Source: a virus
IMG/VR virus record: IMGVR_UViG_3300045988_088148
Length of the DNA stretch: 38,478 nt
Strand: one strand, 5' to 3'
A program made the translations under genes and the position numbers. Numbering within the stretch: the first letter of the stretch is position 1; each line of letters begins with the position of its first letter. A model generated the notes under the pieces. It worked only from the letters and a program-made list of their open reading frames with translations. It was not told where the DNA came from and searched no databases. Below are positions 8,430-15,437 of this stretch, piece after piece.

Positions 8430-8533
8430 GCATTATTTTAAAAAAATCAAATTATTTTGCACATAAAATCACACTCGCGCCACCCTTGGGAAATGGACAT
8501 CCTGTACAATGGTCTCAAAAGGAGGGACACAGG

Positions 8534-9004
8534 ATGGCATACAACCCATACACCGGGCGCTGGGAGATGGACGGTGCGCAGCAGGTGCAGATGCAGCCCA
8601 TGCCGCGAGCGCAGGTGCCGCAAATGCCCCAGCAGCCGCCGAAGCTTGGCGTGCTGACTGTGGCCAGCGAGGCCAGTATCAATAATTTGCAGATGCAGCC
8701 GAACGACAACGCGCTTGCACTGCACGAAACCGAGAACCTGCTCTACTACATCCGCACGGACAGCATGGCGGCAAAGACCATTGCGCGGTTCCGGATCTTC
8801 CCGGAGCCAACGGAAGAGGAAAAGGCAGCGACCCAGCTGCAAGAGCAGCTGAAGCAGATCACGGACGGCCTACAGAGCATGGCCGGAAAAATCGAGGAAT
8901 TGGAGGGAAAACTAAATGCAAAATCCGATCATGGCACTGATGGGCGGCGGCAGCGGAAACAAACTGCTGAACGGCCTGATGCAGACGGCAATGACGACGC
9001 TTAA
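8534..9004 (+). CDS. Hypothetical Gln/Pro-rich protein with C-terminal coiled coil
   Basis: ORF-track 8039..9004 trimmed to the ATG at 8534 (RBS aaaggaggg). The 3' end overlaps the next ORF by 89 nt. Confidence 0.5.
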   Translation: MAYNPYTGRWEMDGAQQVQMQPMPRAQVPQMPQQPPKLGVLTVASEASINNLQMQPNDNALALHETENLLYYIRTDSMAAKTIARFRIFPEPTEEEKAATQLQEQLKQITDGLQSMAGKIEELEGKLNAKSDHGTDGRRQRKQTAERPDADGNDDA

Positions 9005-9122
9005 AGGCCAGAGTCCCCAGATGGTGCTTAGCTTCCTCGCCTCCCAGCCTGGGTTTAATGACTGGTTTGAGGCAAACAAAGACAAAACGGTCGGCGAGCT
9101 CGTCGGCCAGATCAGCAAGTGA
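8916..9122 (+). CDS. Hypothetical 68-aa protein
   Basis: RBS ggaggga 7 nt upstream of the ATG. Confidence 0.45.
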   Translation: MQNPIMALMGGGSGNKLLNGLMQTAMTTLKGQSPQMVLSFLASQPGFNDWFEANKDKTVGELVGQISK

Positions 9123-9173
9123 TACCGCGCAAAAGCGCCTATCAATAATCTCAATTCGAAAGGAGGGACCACA

Positions 9174-9737
9174 ATGGATAAGGACTATGGATTCGGCGGA
9201 TGGGGTATCGTGATCCTGATCGCGCTGTTCTTCCTGCTCTTCGCGGGCAGAGGATTCGGCGGCAACAGCGGCGAGAGCGCCCCGGCCACGCAGGCCGACG
9301 TGCAGCGCGCGACGGACTTCGCGGCGCTGGAGCGCCAGAACAACGAGGGCGTGGCCGCAACGCGTCAGGGCGCGTACGACGTCACAAGCGCCGTCAAGGA
9401 CAACGCCTACAACATCCTCGGCGAGCTGCGCGATTTGCAGTCCGTCACGGAGCGCGGCATCTCTGCGCAGGAGAAGTGCTGCTGCGACATCCTCCGCGCG
9501 ATCGACGGAGTTAACTACAACGCCAGCATCAACGCTTGCGAGATCAAGACGGCTATCCACGCCGAGGGCGAGGCGACCAGAACGCTCCTGCAGCAGCAGG
9601 AGAACCAGCGCCTGCGCGACGAACTCGCACAGAGCCGCGCCGCGAACAACGACTATATGCAGTCGCAGTACATCCTCGGCCAGCTGGGCCGGTACTACCA
9701 GAACCCGCCCTGCAATCCGTGCGGCTGCGGCGGCTGA
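9174..9737 (+). CDS. Membrane-anchored coiled-coil protein with Cys clusters (YjcZ-like N-terminus)
   Basis: RBS aaaggaggg. N-terminal GFGGWGIVILIALFFLLFAGRGFGGN resembles YjcZ-type sporulation peptides. Has a CCC triplet and C-terminal PPCNPCGCGG. Confidence 0.55.
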   Translation: MDKDYGFGGWGIVILIALFFLLFAGRGFGGNSGESAPATQADVQRATDFAALERQNNEGVAATRQGAYDVTSAVKDNAYNILGELRDLQSVTERGISAQEKCCCDILRAIDGVNYNASINACEIKTAIHAEGEATRTLLQQQENQRLRDELAQSRAANNDYMQSQYILGQLGRYYQNPPCNPCGCGG

Positions 9738-9765
9738 CGGACGGACCAAACCTGATATAACTATC

Positions 9766-9786
9766 CGGGGCGATTGCCCCGTTTTC
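9766..9786 (+). terminator. Weak intrinsic terminator
   Basis: CGGGGC-GATT-GCCCCG followed by TTTTCC. Confidence 0.4.
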
Positions 9787-9811
9787 CATAATTTTGAAAG
9801 GAGACGAGTAA

Positions 9812-10264
9812 ATGTCTTGTAGCGGAAACAGCAAGCCCTATCAAAAATCCTGCGTCCGGTATTTTAATAACAGCCCGCAGGCGCTCGCGGCAAACGCTGC
9901 GACAGTGCTCACGCTTGCGGGCGCGAAGGTTGTCAACTCCGGCGAGTCCATTCAGGTCGAGCCTCAGAGCTACGACACCGTAAAAATTGGGCTCTATCAC
10001 CTAGTAGCCGATGCGGTCATCACGTCGTCCGCGGCTGGCGTGCTCACCTTGCAGTGGTACATGGACGGCGTCGCGCTGCCCTGCACGCTGCGCAAGGTAA
10101 CGCTTCCGGCAACCGGAAACACCGAGATCCACACGGAAACGGAACTGGCGCTGTCCGGGTGCTGCTGCTGCGTGAACCACACCTTTACTCTCATTGCGAC
10201 GACCGACTCGACGGCAGCGGGCAATGTGGTCGAGCTCTGCACGGGCCTCCTCAAGCTCGCGTAG
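9812..10264 (+). CDS. Cys-rich protein with C1q/TNF-like (BclA-C / ExsF-like) beta-jelly-roll pattern
   Basis: RBS gaaaggag. Pattern ...TVLTLAGAKVVNSGESIQV....YDTVKIGLYHLVADAVITSSAAGVLTLQWYMDGVALP... resembles exosporium BclA-C/ExsF domains. CCCC run. The domain call is by eye only. Confidence 0.5.
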   Translation: MSCSGNSKPYQKSCVRYFNNSPQALAANAATVLTLAGAKVVNSGESIQVEPQSYDTVKIGLYHLVADAVITSSAAGVLTLQWYMDGVALPCTLRKVTLPATGNTEIHTETELALSGCCCCVNHTFTLIATTDSTAAGNVVELCTGLLKLA

Positions 10265-10267
10265 CCT

Positions 10268-10747
10268 ATGACGGACAAGATCAAAGCCTATAAGGCGAAG
10301 CTCTGCGAGGCGCTTGAGGCGTGTATGGCGGAGCCCGTGAGCTCCCGAAGCGTGGGCAGCTGCACCATGCTCATGGACGCGCTGTGCAAGGCGGATAAGA
10401 TCACGATGGAGCCCGAAGCCTCCACGTTTACCGAGGACGACGCGCGGCGCTGGACGGAGCACATGGAAAATGACGACGGCTCAATGGGCGCGCACTGGAC
10501 GCTCGAGCAGACCACTGCTGTGGCCAACAGCATCGGCGTGCACGTCGACCCGTGGGTGTGGTTCGCGGCACTTAACATGGAGTATTCCGACAATTTCGAA
10601 GTCGCGCAGAAGTACGGCCTCGACCGGCCGGAATACTACGCAGACCTCGCGAAGGCGTTTCTCTTCGACAAGGACGGCGGCGGCCCCGAGGCGAAGATCG
10701 CCGGGTATTATCACGGGATCGTAGAGCCAAGGCTCGAAAGAGATTGA
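10268..10747 (+). CDS. Hypothetical protein (conserved phage family with ...DGS.GAHWT.EQT... motif)
   Basis: 159 aa. Last gene before attP. Confidence 0.6.
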   Translation: MTDKIKAYKAKLCEALEACMAEPVSSRSVGSCTMLMDALCKADKITMEPEASTFTEDDARRWTEHMENDDGSMGAHWTLEQTTAVANSIGVHVDPWVWFAALNMEYSDNFEVAQKYGLDRPEYYADLAKAFLFDKDGGGPEAKIAGYYHGIVEPRLERD

Positions 10748-10804
10748 ACACAGTATAAACACAGCAATCTGATTTTACATTGGTATTGCTTTGGATTTAT
10801 ATGC

Positions 10805-10827
10805 TTCGAATCCCTCCCACTCCGCCA
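10805..10827 (+). other. attP core candidate: 3' end of a tRNA gene (T-loop, T-stem 3' strand, acceptor 3' strand, discriminator G, CCA)
   Basis: TTCGAAT-CCCTC-CCACTCC-G-CCA. The 5' T-stem strand (would be GAGGG) and the rest of a tRNA are absent upstream, so it is a fragment. The integrase is adjacent. Confidence 0.55.
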
Positions 10828-10835
10828 AGATGAAA

Positions 10836-10870
10836 GCACCCGAGAAATTGATTCTCGGGTGCTTTTGTTT
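10836..10870 (+). terminator. Intrinsic terminator just after the tRNA fragment
   Basis: GCACCCGAGAA-ATTGA-TTCTCGGGTGC followed by TTTTGTTTG. Confidence 0.7.
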
Positions 10871-11016
10871 GCATATTTTCTGATTTTATCAGCCGAACAC
10901 GGAACTTTATATCAAAAATGTTTTGTTTTCGGGCTTACACCAGCATGGCAAAGCCTAGCATATCCTAGCGCCAAAATACACGCCTGCAAACACAGAATGA
11001 ACACAGTAAATCAGGG

Positions 11017-12039
11017 TCAAAAGGACTTGCCCATTTTTGCGGCTGCATCGTCGATGGTATTATCCAAAATATCCGTGTAAATGTCCATCGTGGTCGAGAG
11101 CTGGGCGTGGCCAAGCAGCTGCTGGGCAGTTTTATAATCCACGCCCGCCTCGTGCAGGGCGGTCGCGTAGCCGTGCCGGATCTCATGCGGCGTGACGGTG
11201 ACGCCGGTGCGCTTCTGGTAGTCCTCGTACTGCCGGGTGATCTTCCAGTCCGGCGTCGGGGTTTTGCCGTCGTCGTCAGAAAATATAAAACCGCGTTTTT
11301 TATCTGGCAGGGCAGCGGCCAGCGCGTCCAGCAGCGGCACGGATCGGATACCGGCCTCGGTCTTTGGCTCCTTGATCTCCGGTTTGGTGCTGACGTTGTA
11401 GACGCTGCGCTGGATACGGATGCGCTTTGCCTTGCGGTCGATGTCCTCGTACTTGAGCCCCTCCACCTCGCCGCGGCGACACCCAGTATAGTAGATCAAA
11501 AAGGCAAAGAGCCCAAAGTCGTCCGAAAGGCCGGCTTTTATTTTTTTTATTTGATCAGGGCTTGGCGCGCGGCGCTTTTTCTGCGGCAGGTTTTTGGGGA
11601 GCAGGACGGCCTCCGCCGGATTGTAGGCGATATAACCCTCGCGCTGGGCTTTGTTTAAGATCTGGCGGATGATCTGCCGCTGCGTGACGACGGTCTTTTT
11701 GGCGTAGGTCTTCGCAAACTGGTTGATATAGCGCTCAATATCTCTGGCTGTGATCGAGGCCACGTCCATTTCCCCGAACTCGGCCACGGCGCGCTCATAG
11801 GCCGGGTTGTAGCCCCGGTGCGTATTTGCGGCCAGCGTCGGCTCGATCTCGTTCCACCAGGCGTGCGCTACGTTCTCAAAGGTCTCGGTCTTCCCAGCGG
11901 CCACGTCGGCGCGGTAGCTTTTGACCTTCTGCCATACCTCGCGGTCGGTCTTGCCGCGGAAGGCTTTGCGCTTGCCGTTTATTTTGATGATCGTCTCATG
12001 CAGCCCATCCGGGCGCACGTAGTACTTGGGGATCGCCAT
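11017..12039 (-). CDS. int: Tyrosine integrase
   Basis: Start at the ATG at 12039 (RBS gggagg). Catalytic pattern is R (YYTGCRRGE), HxxR (TPHEIRHGYAT), H (LLGHAQLSTT) and Y (DIYTD). Confidence 0.9.
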   Translation of the reverse strand: MAIPKYYVRPDGLHETIIKINGKRKAFRGKTDREVWQKVKSYRADVAAGKTETFENVAHAWWNEIEPTLAANTHRGYNPAYERAVAEFGEMDVASITARDIERYINQFAKTYAKKTVVTQRQIIRQILNKAQREGYIAYNPAEAVLLPKNLPQKKRRAPSPDQIKKIKAGLSDDFGLFAFLIYYTGCRRGEVEGLKYEDIDRKAKRIRIQRSVYNVSTKPEIKEPKTEAGIRSVPLLDALAAALPDKKRGFIFSDDDGKTPTPDWKITRQYEDYQKRTGVTVTPHEIRHGYATALHEAGVDYKTAQQLLGHAQLSTTMDIYTDILDNTIDDAAAKMGKSF

Positions 12040-12050
12040 ACAAACCTCCC

Positions 12051-12067
12051 GTGTCAGACTTGGACAC
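12051..12067 (+). repeat. Dispersed motif copy (exact GTGTCAGACTTGGACAC)
   Basis: Spans the stop codon of 12054..12509 and abuts the integrase RBS. Confidence 0.9.
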
Positions 12068-12509
12068 AACCGCGCAGCGCGACGCGCACCCAGCCGACGT
12101 TTGGGTTACGCAGATCGATGATCAGCGCAACCAGAGCCAGTGTCAAAACGGCGCACAAAACAAAAATAATCCCGGTTCGCACGCGCACCCCGCGCGCATA
12201 GATCCGCAGCAGATGCTTTGTGTGCGCAAGCTCCTGCTGAAGCTCATCCGGCTGCTCCGGCTGCCCCTGGCATTTGATCCCGTATACGGCGTCAATGGAC
12301 ACATGCAATGCCTTACAGATTGGAGCCGCTGTCTGGATGTACGTATTTTTTGTCTCGCCGCGCAGAAACTGTGCGACGGCGTTGACCGATATGCCTGACT
12401 CATCGGCTACATCCTGGTATGTTTTGCGTGGATGCAGGTTTTGCCACTGTTCACGGCATATTTCCCACAACTGCTTGTCCAAAACCCTTCCCCCTATGCG
12501 AAAAACCAT
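12054..12509 (-). CDS. Membrane-anchored XRE-type HTH regulator
   Basis: HTH TYQDVADESGISVNAVAQFLRGE, a coiled linker, and C-terminal TM IIFVLCAVLTLALVALII. Start is uncertain (ATG 12509, or TTG about 30 nt downstream). Confidence 0.65.
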   Translation of the reverse strand: MVFRIGGRVLDKQLWEICREQWQNLHPRKTYQDVADESGISVNAVAQFLRGETKNTYIQTAAPICKALHVSIDAVYGIKCQGQPEQPDELQQELAHTKHLLRIYARGVRVRTGIIFVLCAVLTLALVALIIDLRNPNVGWVRVALRGCVQV

Positions 12510-12602
12510 CTGAAATAGGCCGCAAAGCCCATCTCAACGGCTGGTAATCCCATCCAAAAGCTGATAGCATAGTCTCATAAGCAGCTCCCACACTGCTTGC
12601 AG

Positions 12603-12642
12603 CAAACCAAAAGCCCCGCCGTCAGTGGCACGACGGCGGGGC
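12603..12642 (-). terminator. Intrinsic terminator T2 (minus strand)
   Basis: GCCCCGCCGTC-8 nt-GACGGCGGGGC followed by TTTTGGTTTG on the minus strand. Confidence 0.7.
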
Positions 12643-12680
12643 GAACAAAACGGAACGAAGATACCCCCATCCGTGACGCG

Positions 12681-12697
12681 GTGTCCAAATCGGACGT
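12681..12697 (-). repeat. Degenerate dispersed-motif copy (half-site TTGGACACCG intact)
   Basis: Minus strand reads ACGTCCGATTTGGACACCG, between terminators T1 and T2. Confidence 0.5.
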
Positions 12698-12836
12698 AAA
12701 AAAAGCGGAGACGCACAAGGCATCTCCACTTTGTTGGACATCGGCAGGGCGGCGTATCCTGCATCTCAGGTTCCCTTTCGGGAGTGTCGGGAGCCATTTC
12801 CGACCTCAACGTCCTAGAACAGTATATGTTCTGATG
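12698..12836 (-). ncRNA. Candidate ~135-nt small RNA or attenuator leader (promoter to terminator T1)
   Basis: Near-consensus promoter at 12842-12870. T1 is a 10-bp stem GTGGAGATGC/GCGTCTCCGC plus T7 (12698-12729). Internal hairpins AGAACA-TATAC-TGTTCT and TCCC-GAAA-GGGA. The only ORF here (12534..12809) looks non-coding. Confidence 0.4.
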
Positions 12837-12841
12837 CCTAA

Positions 12842-12870
12842 ATTAAACCACAAATATTTCCTGATGTCAA
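12842..12870 (-). promoter_or_regulatory. Sigma-70-type promoter TTGACA-17-TTTAAT
   Basis: Minus strand reads TTGACAtcaggaaatatttgtggTTTAAT, starting 13 nt after the stop of 12883..13254. Confidence 0.6.
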
Positions 12871-12882
12871 TATTCTGCTTTG

Positions 12883-13254
12883 TTACTTTTCTTTGAATTT
12901 TTTCAGTCGGCCGCTGTTGAGCCGGTTCGTCAGCTTGCCAGAGCTGATCTCGTAGACGCTGGCGACATAGTGATATCCGTTTTTCGCGTCCAGCTTCACG
13001 CAGACCATCACGTTTGCGTCAAGCGCCTTGACAAGCTCGACGCTTCCCGGCTCCTTCGGGTTGTGCCCGACGTAGTCCGGCTCCGCGATGATGGACGGAA
13101 CCAGCGCGACGTTCCCGGTTTCATCCGGATGATGCTTCTGGACGTGCACGGCCAGACCGGCTGACTGCATGATCTCGCCGCAGGGAAGTTCCTGCCCCGT
13201 GAGCGCATTGAACTCGTCTATGTAGTCGCCCACGTGAAACAGTTTCTCGCCCAC
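12883..13254 (-). CDS. PBECR-like (phage Barnase-EndoU-ColicinE5/D-RelE-like) nuclease-fold protein
   Basis: GTG start with RBS agggagg. Pattern HVQKHHPDE...IIAEPDYVGHNPKEPGSVELVK...VCVKLD...SGRLKKF matches my memory of this family. By eye only. Confidence 0.6.
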   Translation of the reverse strand: MGEKLFHVGDYIDEFNALTGQELPCGEIMQSAGLAVHVQKHHPDETGNVALVPSIIAEPDYVGHNPKEPGSVELVKALDANVMVCVKLDAKNGYHYVASVYEISSGKLTNRLNSGRLKKFKEK

Positions 13255-13266
13255 GGTTGGCCTCCC

Positions 13267-13881
13267 TTAAAACAGTAGTCTGTAAATCATGCAGAACGCA
13301 TAGAAAACGGCACATACGACCAAGGCGCCCAGAAGTATATTCCGCCTGATTTTACGATGCTTATCAACGTAAGCCCGTCCTGCATCCACAGCTGTTTGTC
13401 TCGCGCTCTGCGCGGTGCTTCGCTTAGGCGGTGCACTCGTTTCAACCTCCGGGTCTTGATACAGATTCCCCTCGTCGTCAACCCACATATGCCTCGCTTC
13501 GCGCTCAGCGGGGCTCGCGAGTTTTACCGTCATATGTACACCGTAACTGCGATCTTCGTAGTCTTCGTCTTCGTACGCTGGACCGCCATGAATCCCCGCC
13601 TTTACCGGAAGCACCCAAAAGTCATCGTCTTCTTTTGCAGCAAACGCAGCCGCGACATTTCTTGGTACGTTGCCGACGACCTTGGAGTTTATATAGACGT
13701 AGTACGCGGGCTCCCCATTGTATGTATACCGCTCTATCCGGACGTTGTATTCGCAGCCGACGTGAAGCCGCTCAATGATTTCCTGCCGCTCTTCTCCGTC
13801 TTTGTTGCGGAACGTAACGCCTGCGACGTTGAAGCTCCAGAGCTCTGAGCCGTATTTCTCTATCGTCTTTGTATAATTCAT
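13267..13881 (-). CDS. HIRAN-domain protein with C-terminal transmembrane anchor
   Basis: ORF-track 13267..14022 trimmed to the ATG at 13881. Has FNVAGVTFRNKDGEERQEIIERL...VGNVPRNVAAAF (HIRAN-like), an acidic linker, and TM ILLGALVVCAVFYAFCMIY. Confidence 0.6.
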   Translation of the reverse strand: MNYTKTIEKYGSELWSFNVAGVTFRNKDGEERQEIIERLHVGCEYNVRIERYTYNGEPAYYVYINSKVVGNVPRNVAAAFAAKEDDDFWVLPVKAGIHGGPAYEDEDYEDRSYGVHMTVKLASPAEREARHMWVDDEGNLYQDPEVETSAPPKRSTAQSARQTAVDAGRAYVDKHRKIRRNILLGALVVCAVFYAFCMIYRLLF

Positions 13882-14055
13882 CGTCGCTTGTCTCTTTTCT
13901 ATAGACTTGTAGAAAAGTGTTGCATTGCGCTTCGCTAGAAAATACTGTAAAATTAGATAGCAACTAAGAATGAAAGGGTGTCGCCGGGGTGGAAAACGAA
14001 AGAGAAGAGTTAAAACAGGCAATCGCGGCTATGACCGACGAGCAGTTCCGATGGT

Positions 14056-14367
14056 TTATAGAGCAAGCGCAGCTTTTGCTATCTGAAGGAGCTTGCTAAC
14101 CTGCTCGTCTGAAAGCTGGTCGACCAATTTAATCATTTCCCGTTTCGCCTCGCTGAGATTTTCGGCGGGGCTCTTCTTTTCGTCCGAAAGCCCGAGCAGA
14201 TAATCGACGCTTACGCCGAAATATGCCGCAAGTTTGCGAAGTATTTCATCGTCTATGCCATTCGCACCGGTTTCCCATTGCGATACGGTGTTTTGCGCAT
14301 AGCCAATTTCTTTTGCGAATTGTGCCTGTGTTAACTTGGCCTCTTTGCGTAATTCCCGCAGTCGCAT
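14056..14367 (-). CDS. CI-like repressor (XRE HTH)
   Basis: ATG at 14367 with RBS aggtga. Has LTQAQFAKEIGYAQNTVSQWETG...VSVDYLLGLSD. Divergent from the cro-like gene. Confidence 0.75.
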   Translation of the reverse strand: MRLRELRKEAKLTQAQFAKEIGYAQNTVSQWETGANGIDDEILRKLAAYFGVSVDYLLGLSDEKKSPAENLSEAKREMIKLVDQLSDEQVSKLLQIAKAALAL

Positions 14368-14376
14368 AGCTATCAC

Positions 14377-14503
14377 CTGCTAATATTATCCCCCACGGAG
14401 ATAATAAAGTAAATCATTTTTTGAAAAATATCTTAAATTAGGATTGACAAATAATGCATCACGTGATAATATCACCATACAAGATATTTCAAGGGAGGTG
14501 TTC
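14377..14503. promoter_or_regulatory. Divergent immunity switch region with GATAATA-type operator repeats and a rightward promoter
   Basis: Rightward TTGACA(14444-14449)-17-TAATAT(14467-14472). Palindrome GTGATAATATCAC (14463-14475) overlaps the -10. Related GATAATA(T/A) copies at 14381-14390 (minus) and 14400-14407. Possible leftward TTTACT-17-GATAAT. Confidence 0.6.
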
Positions 14504-14707
14504 ATGACGAACGGGTTAAAGAAAAAACGTTTAGAGGCTGGGCTTACGCAAACGGAGCTTGCAACCGCTCTTGGAACCGTTCAATCTGCGATTTCGGCGT
14601 GGGAGTCCGGCGAGAAAATGCCGCGGGCGGCGCAGCTGCCGGAGCTGGCGGCGGCGCTGCACTGCACGATCGACGAGCTCTATCAGCCGCCGGAAGAATC
14701 TGCTTAG
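14504..14707 (+). CDS. Cro-like XRE HTH regulator
   Basis: ATG at 14504 with RBS agggagg. Has LTQTELATALGTVQSAISAWESG. Confidence 0.75.
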   Translation: MTNGLKKKRLEAGLTQTELATALGTVQSAISAWESGEKMPRAAQLPELAAALHCTIDELYQPPEESA

Positions 14708-14720
14708 GGGGCAAGCCAAG

Positions 14721-15149
14721 ATGGATGACATTTTTACAAAACGCCTTGCGCAGATGATGCATCAAACGCAAATGACACAAGGTGCTCTTGCGCGAGAGAT
14801 CGGCGTGCAGCGGCAGACTGTGTCGCTATATATGCTGGGGCGAAGCCGCCCGGACACTGACCGCCTGATCTTGATTGCAAAAGCGCTCAGCACAACGCCA
14901 AATTATCTGCTTGGTTTTACAGACAACCCAAGCCCGGAGGGAGTGCCCAGAGTGATTAAACTTGAGGTTCGGCCATACTGCGAGCGCTGCCCGGAGTTTA
15001 CGCCGGAGAAGCTCACAGATCCATGCAGCCGGTATTACCAAGACAGTTGCCTGACCGACGTCGACACGCTTATTGTTTGTGCGCATCGCCAGCGCTGCGC
15101 CGCGATTGCAAATTGGTTTAGAGCAAGGGAGGGAGAGCGTAATGCGTGA
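14721..15149 (+). CDS. XRE HTH regulator with Cys-rich C-terminal domain
   Basis: ATG at 14721. Has MTQGALAREIGVQRQTVSLYMLG...PNYLLGFTD. C-terminus has CERC...C...C. Confidence 0.65.
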   Translation: MDDIFTKRLAQMMHQTQMTQGALAREIGVQRQTVSLYMLGRSRPDTDRLILIAKALSTTPNYLLGFTDNPSPEGVPRVIKLEVRPYCERCPEFTPEKLTDPCSRYYQDSCLTDVDTLIVCAHRQRCAAIANWFRAREGERNA

Positions 15150-15354
15150 GACGGAAGGCTACCGGCCGCAGCTGGAGCTTTTGACGGACATGTTTCCGGC
15201 GCGGGCGGCGATCACGGTCACGGAGTGTCAGGCGGCGCTCGGGCTCGACCGGCGGACGCTTCTGGCCGACCGGGAGTTTCCCGCGCGGAAGATCGGCAAC
15301 AAGTACGCCGTGCCGCTGACGGAGCTGGCTCGCTGGCTGACGCGGAAATCATAG
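15142..15354 (+). CDS. Small DNA-binding protein (excisionase/MerR-like HTH)
   Basis: ATG at 15142. Has ITVTECQAALGLDRRTLL...KIGNKYAVPLTELARWL. Confidence 0.5.
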   Translation: MRETEGYRPQLELLTDMFPARAAITVTECQAALGLDRRTLLADREFPARKIGNKYAVPLTELARWLTRKS

Positions 15355-15437
15355 CAAAGTTTACCCCGCAAATCCACGCGAAATACCTGCCGGAGGGCAA
15401 AGGCGGCTTGCAGACTTGCTGCCGGATTGGAGGACAT

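Noticed and set aside
8039-8533. Long N-terminal extension of the 8039..9004 ORF (also 13882..14022, 15980..16120, 33522..33815 and other ORF-track extensions)
   Set aside because: The extensions cross intergenic or promoter regions or other genes, and they lack RBSs. Internal starts with good Shine-Dalgarno sequences and operon-style overlaps were preferred.
10741-10830. A complete tRNA gene ending at the CCA at 10827
   Set aside because: Only the T-loop and the 3' strands are present. The 5' T-stem strand (GAGGG) and the acceptor 5' strand (GGAGTGG) are absent upstream. It is a tRNA fragment (attP core), not a gene.
12534-12809. 91-aa minus-strand ORF in the promoter-terminator interval
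   Set aside because: No RBS, junk-like composition, and it is crossed by two intrinsic terminators. A non-coding RNA or leader interpretation fits better.
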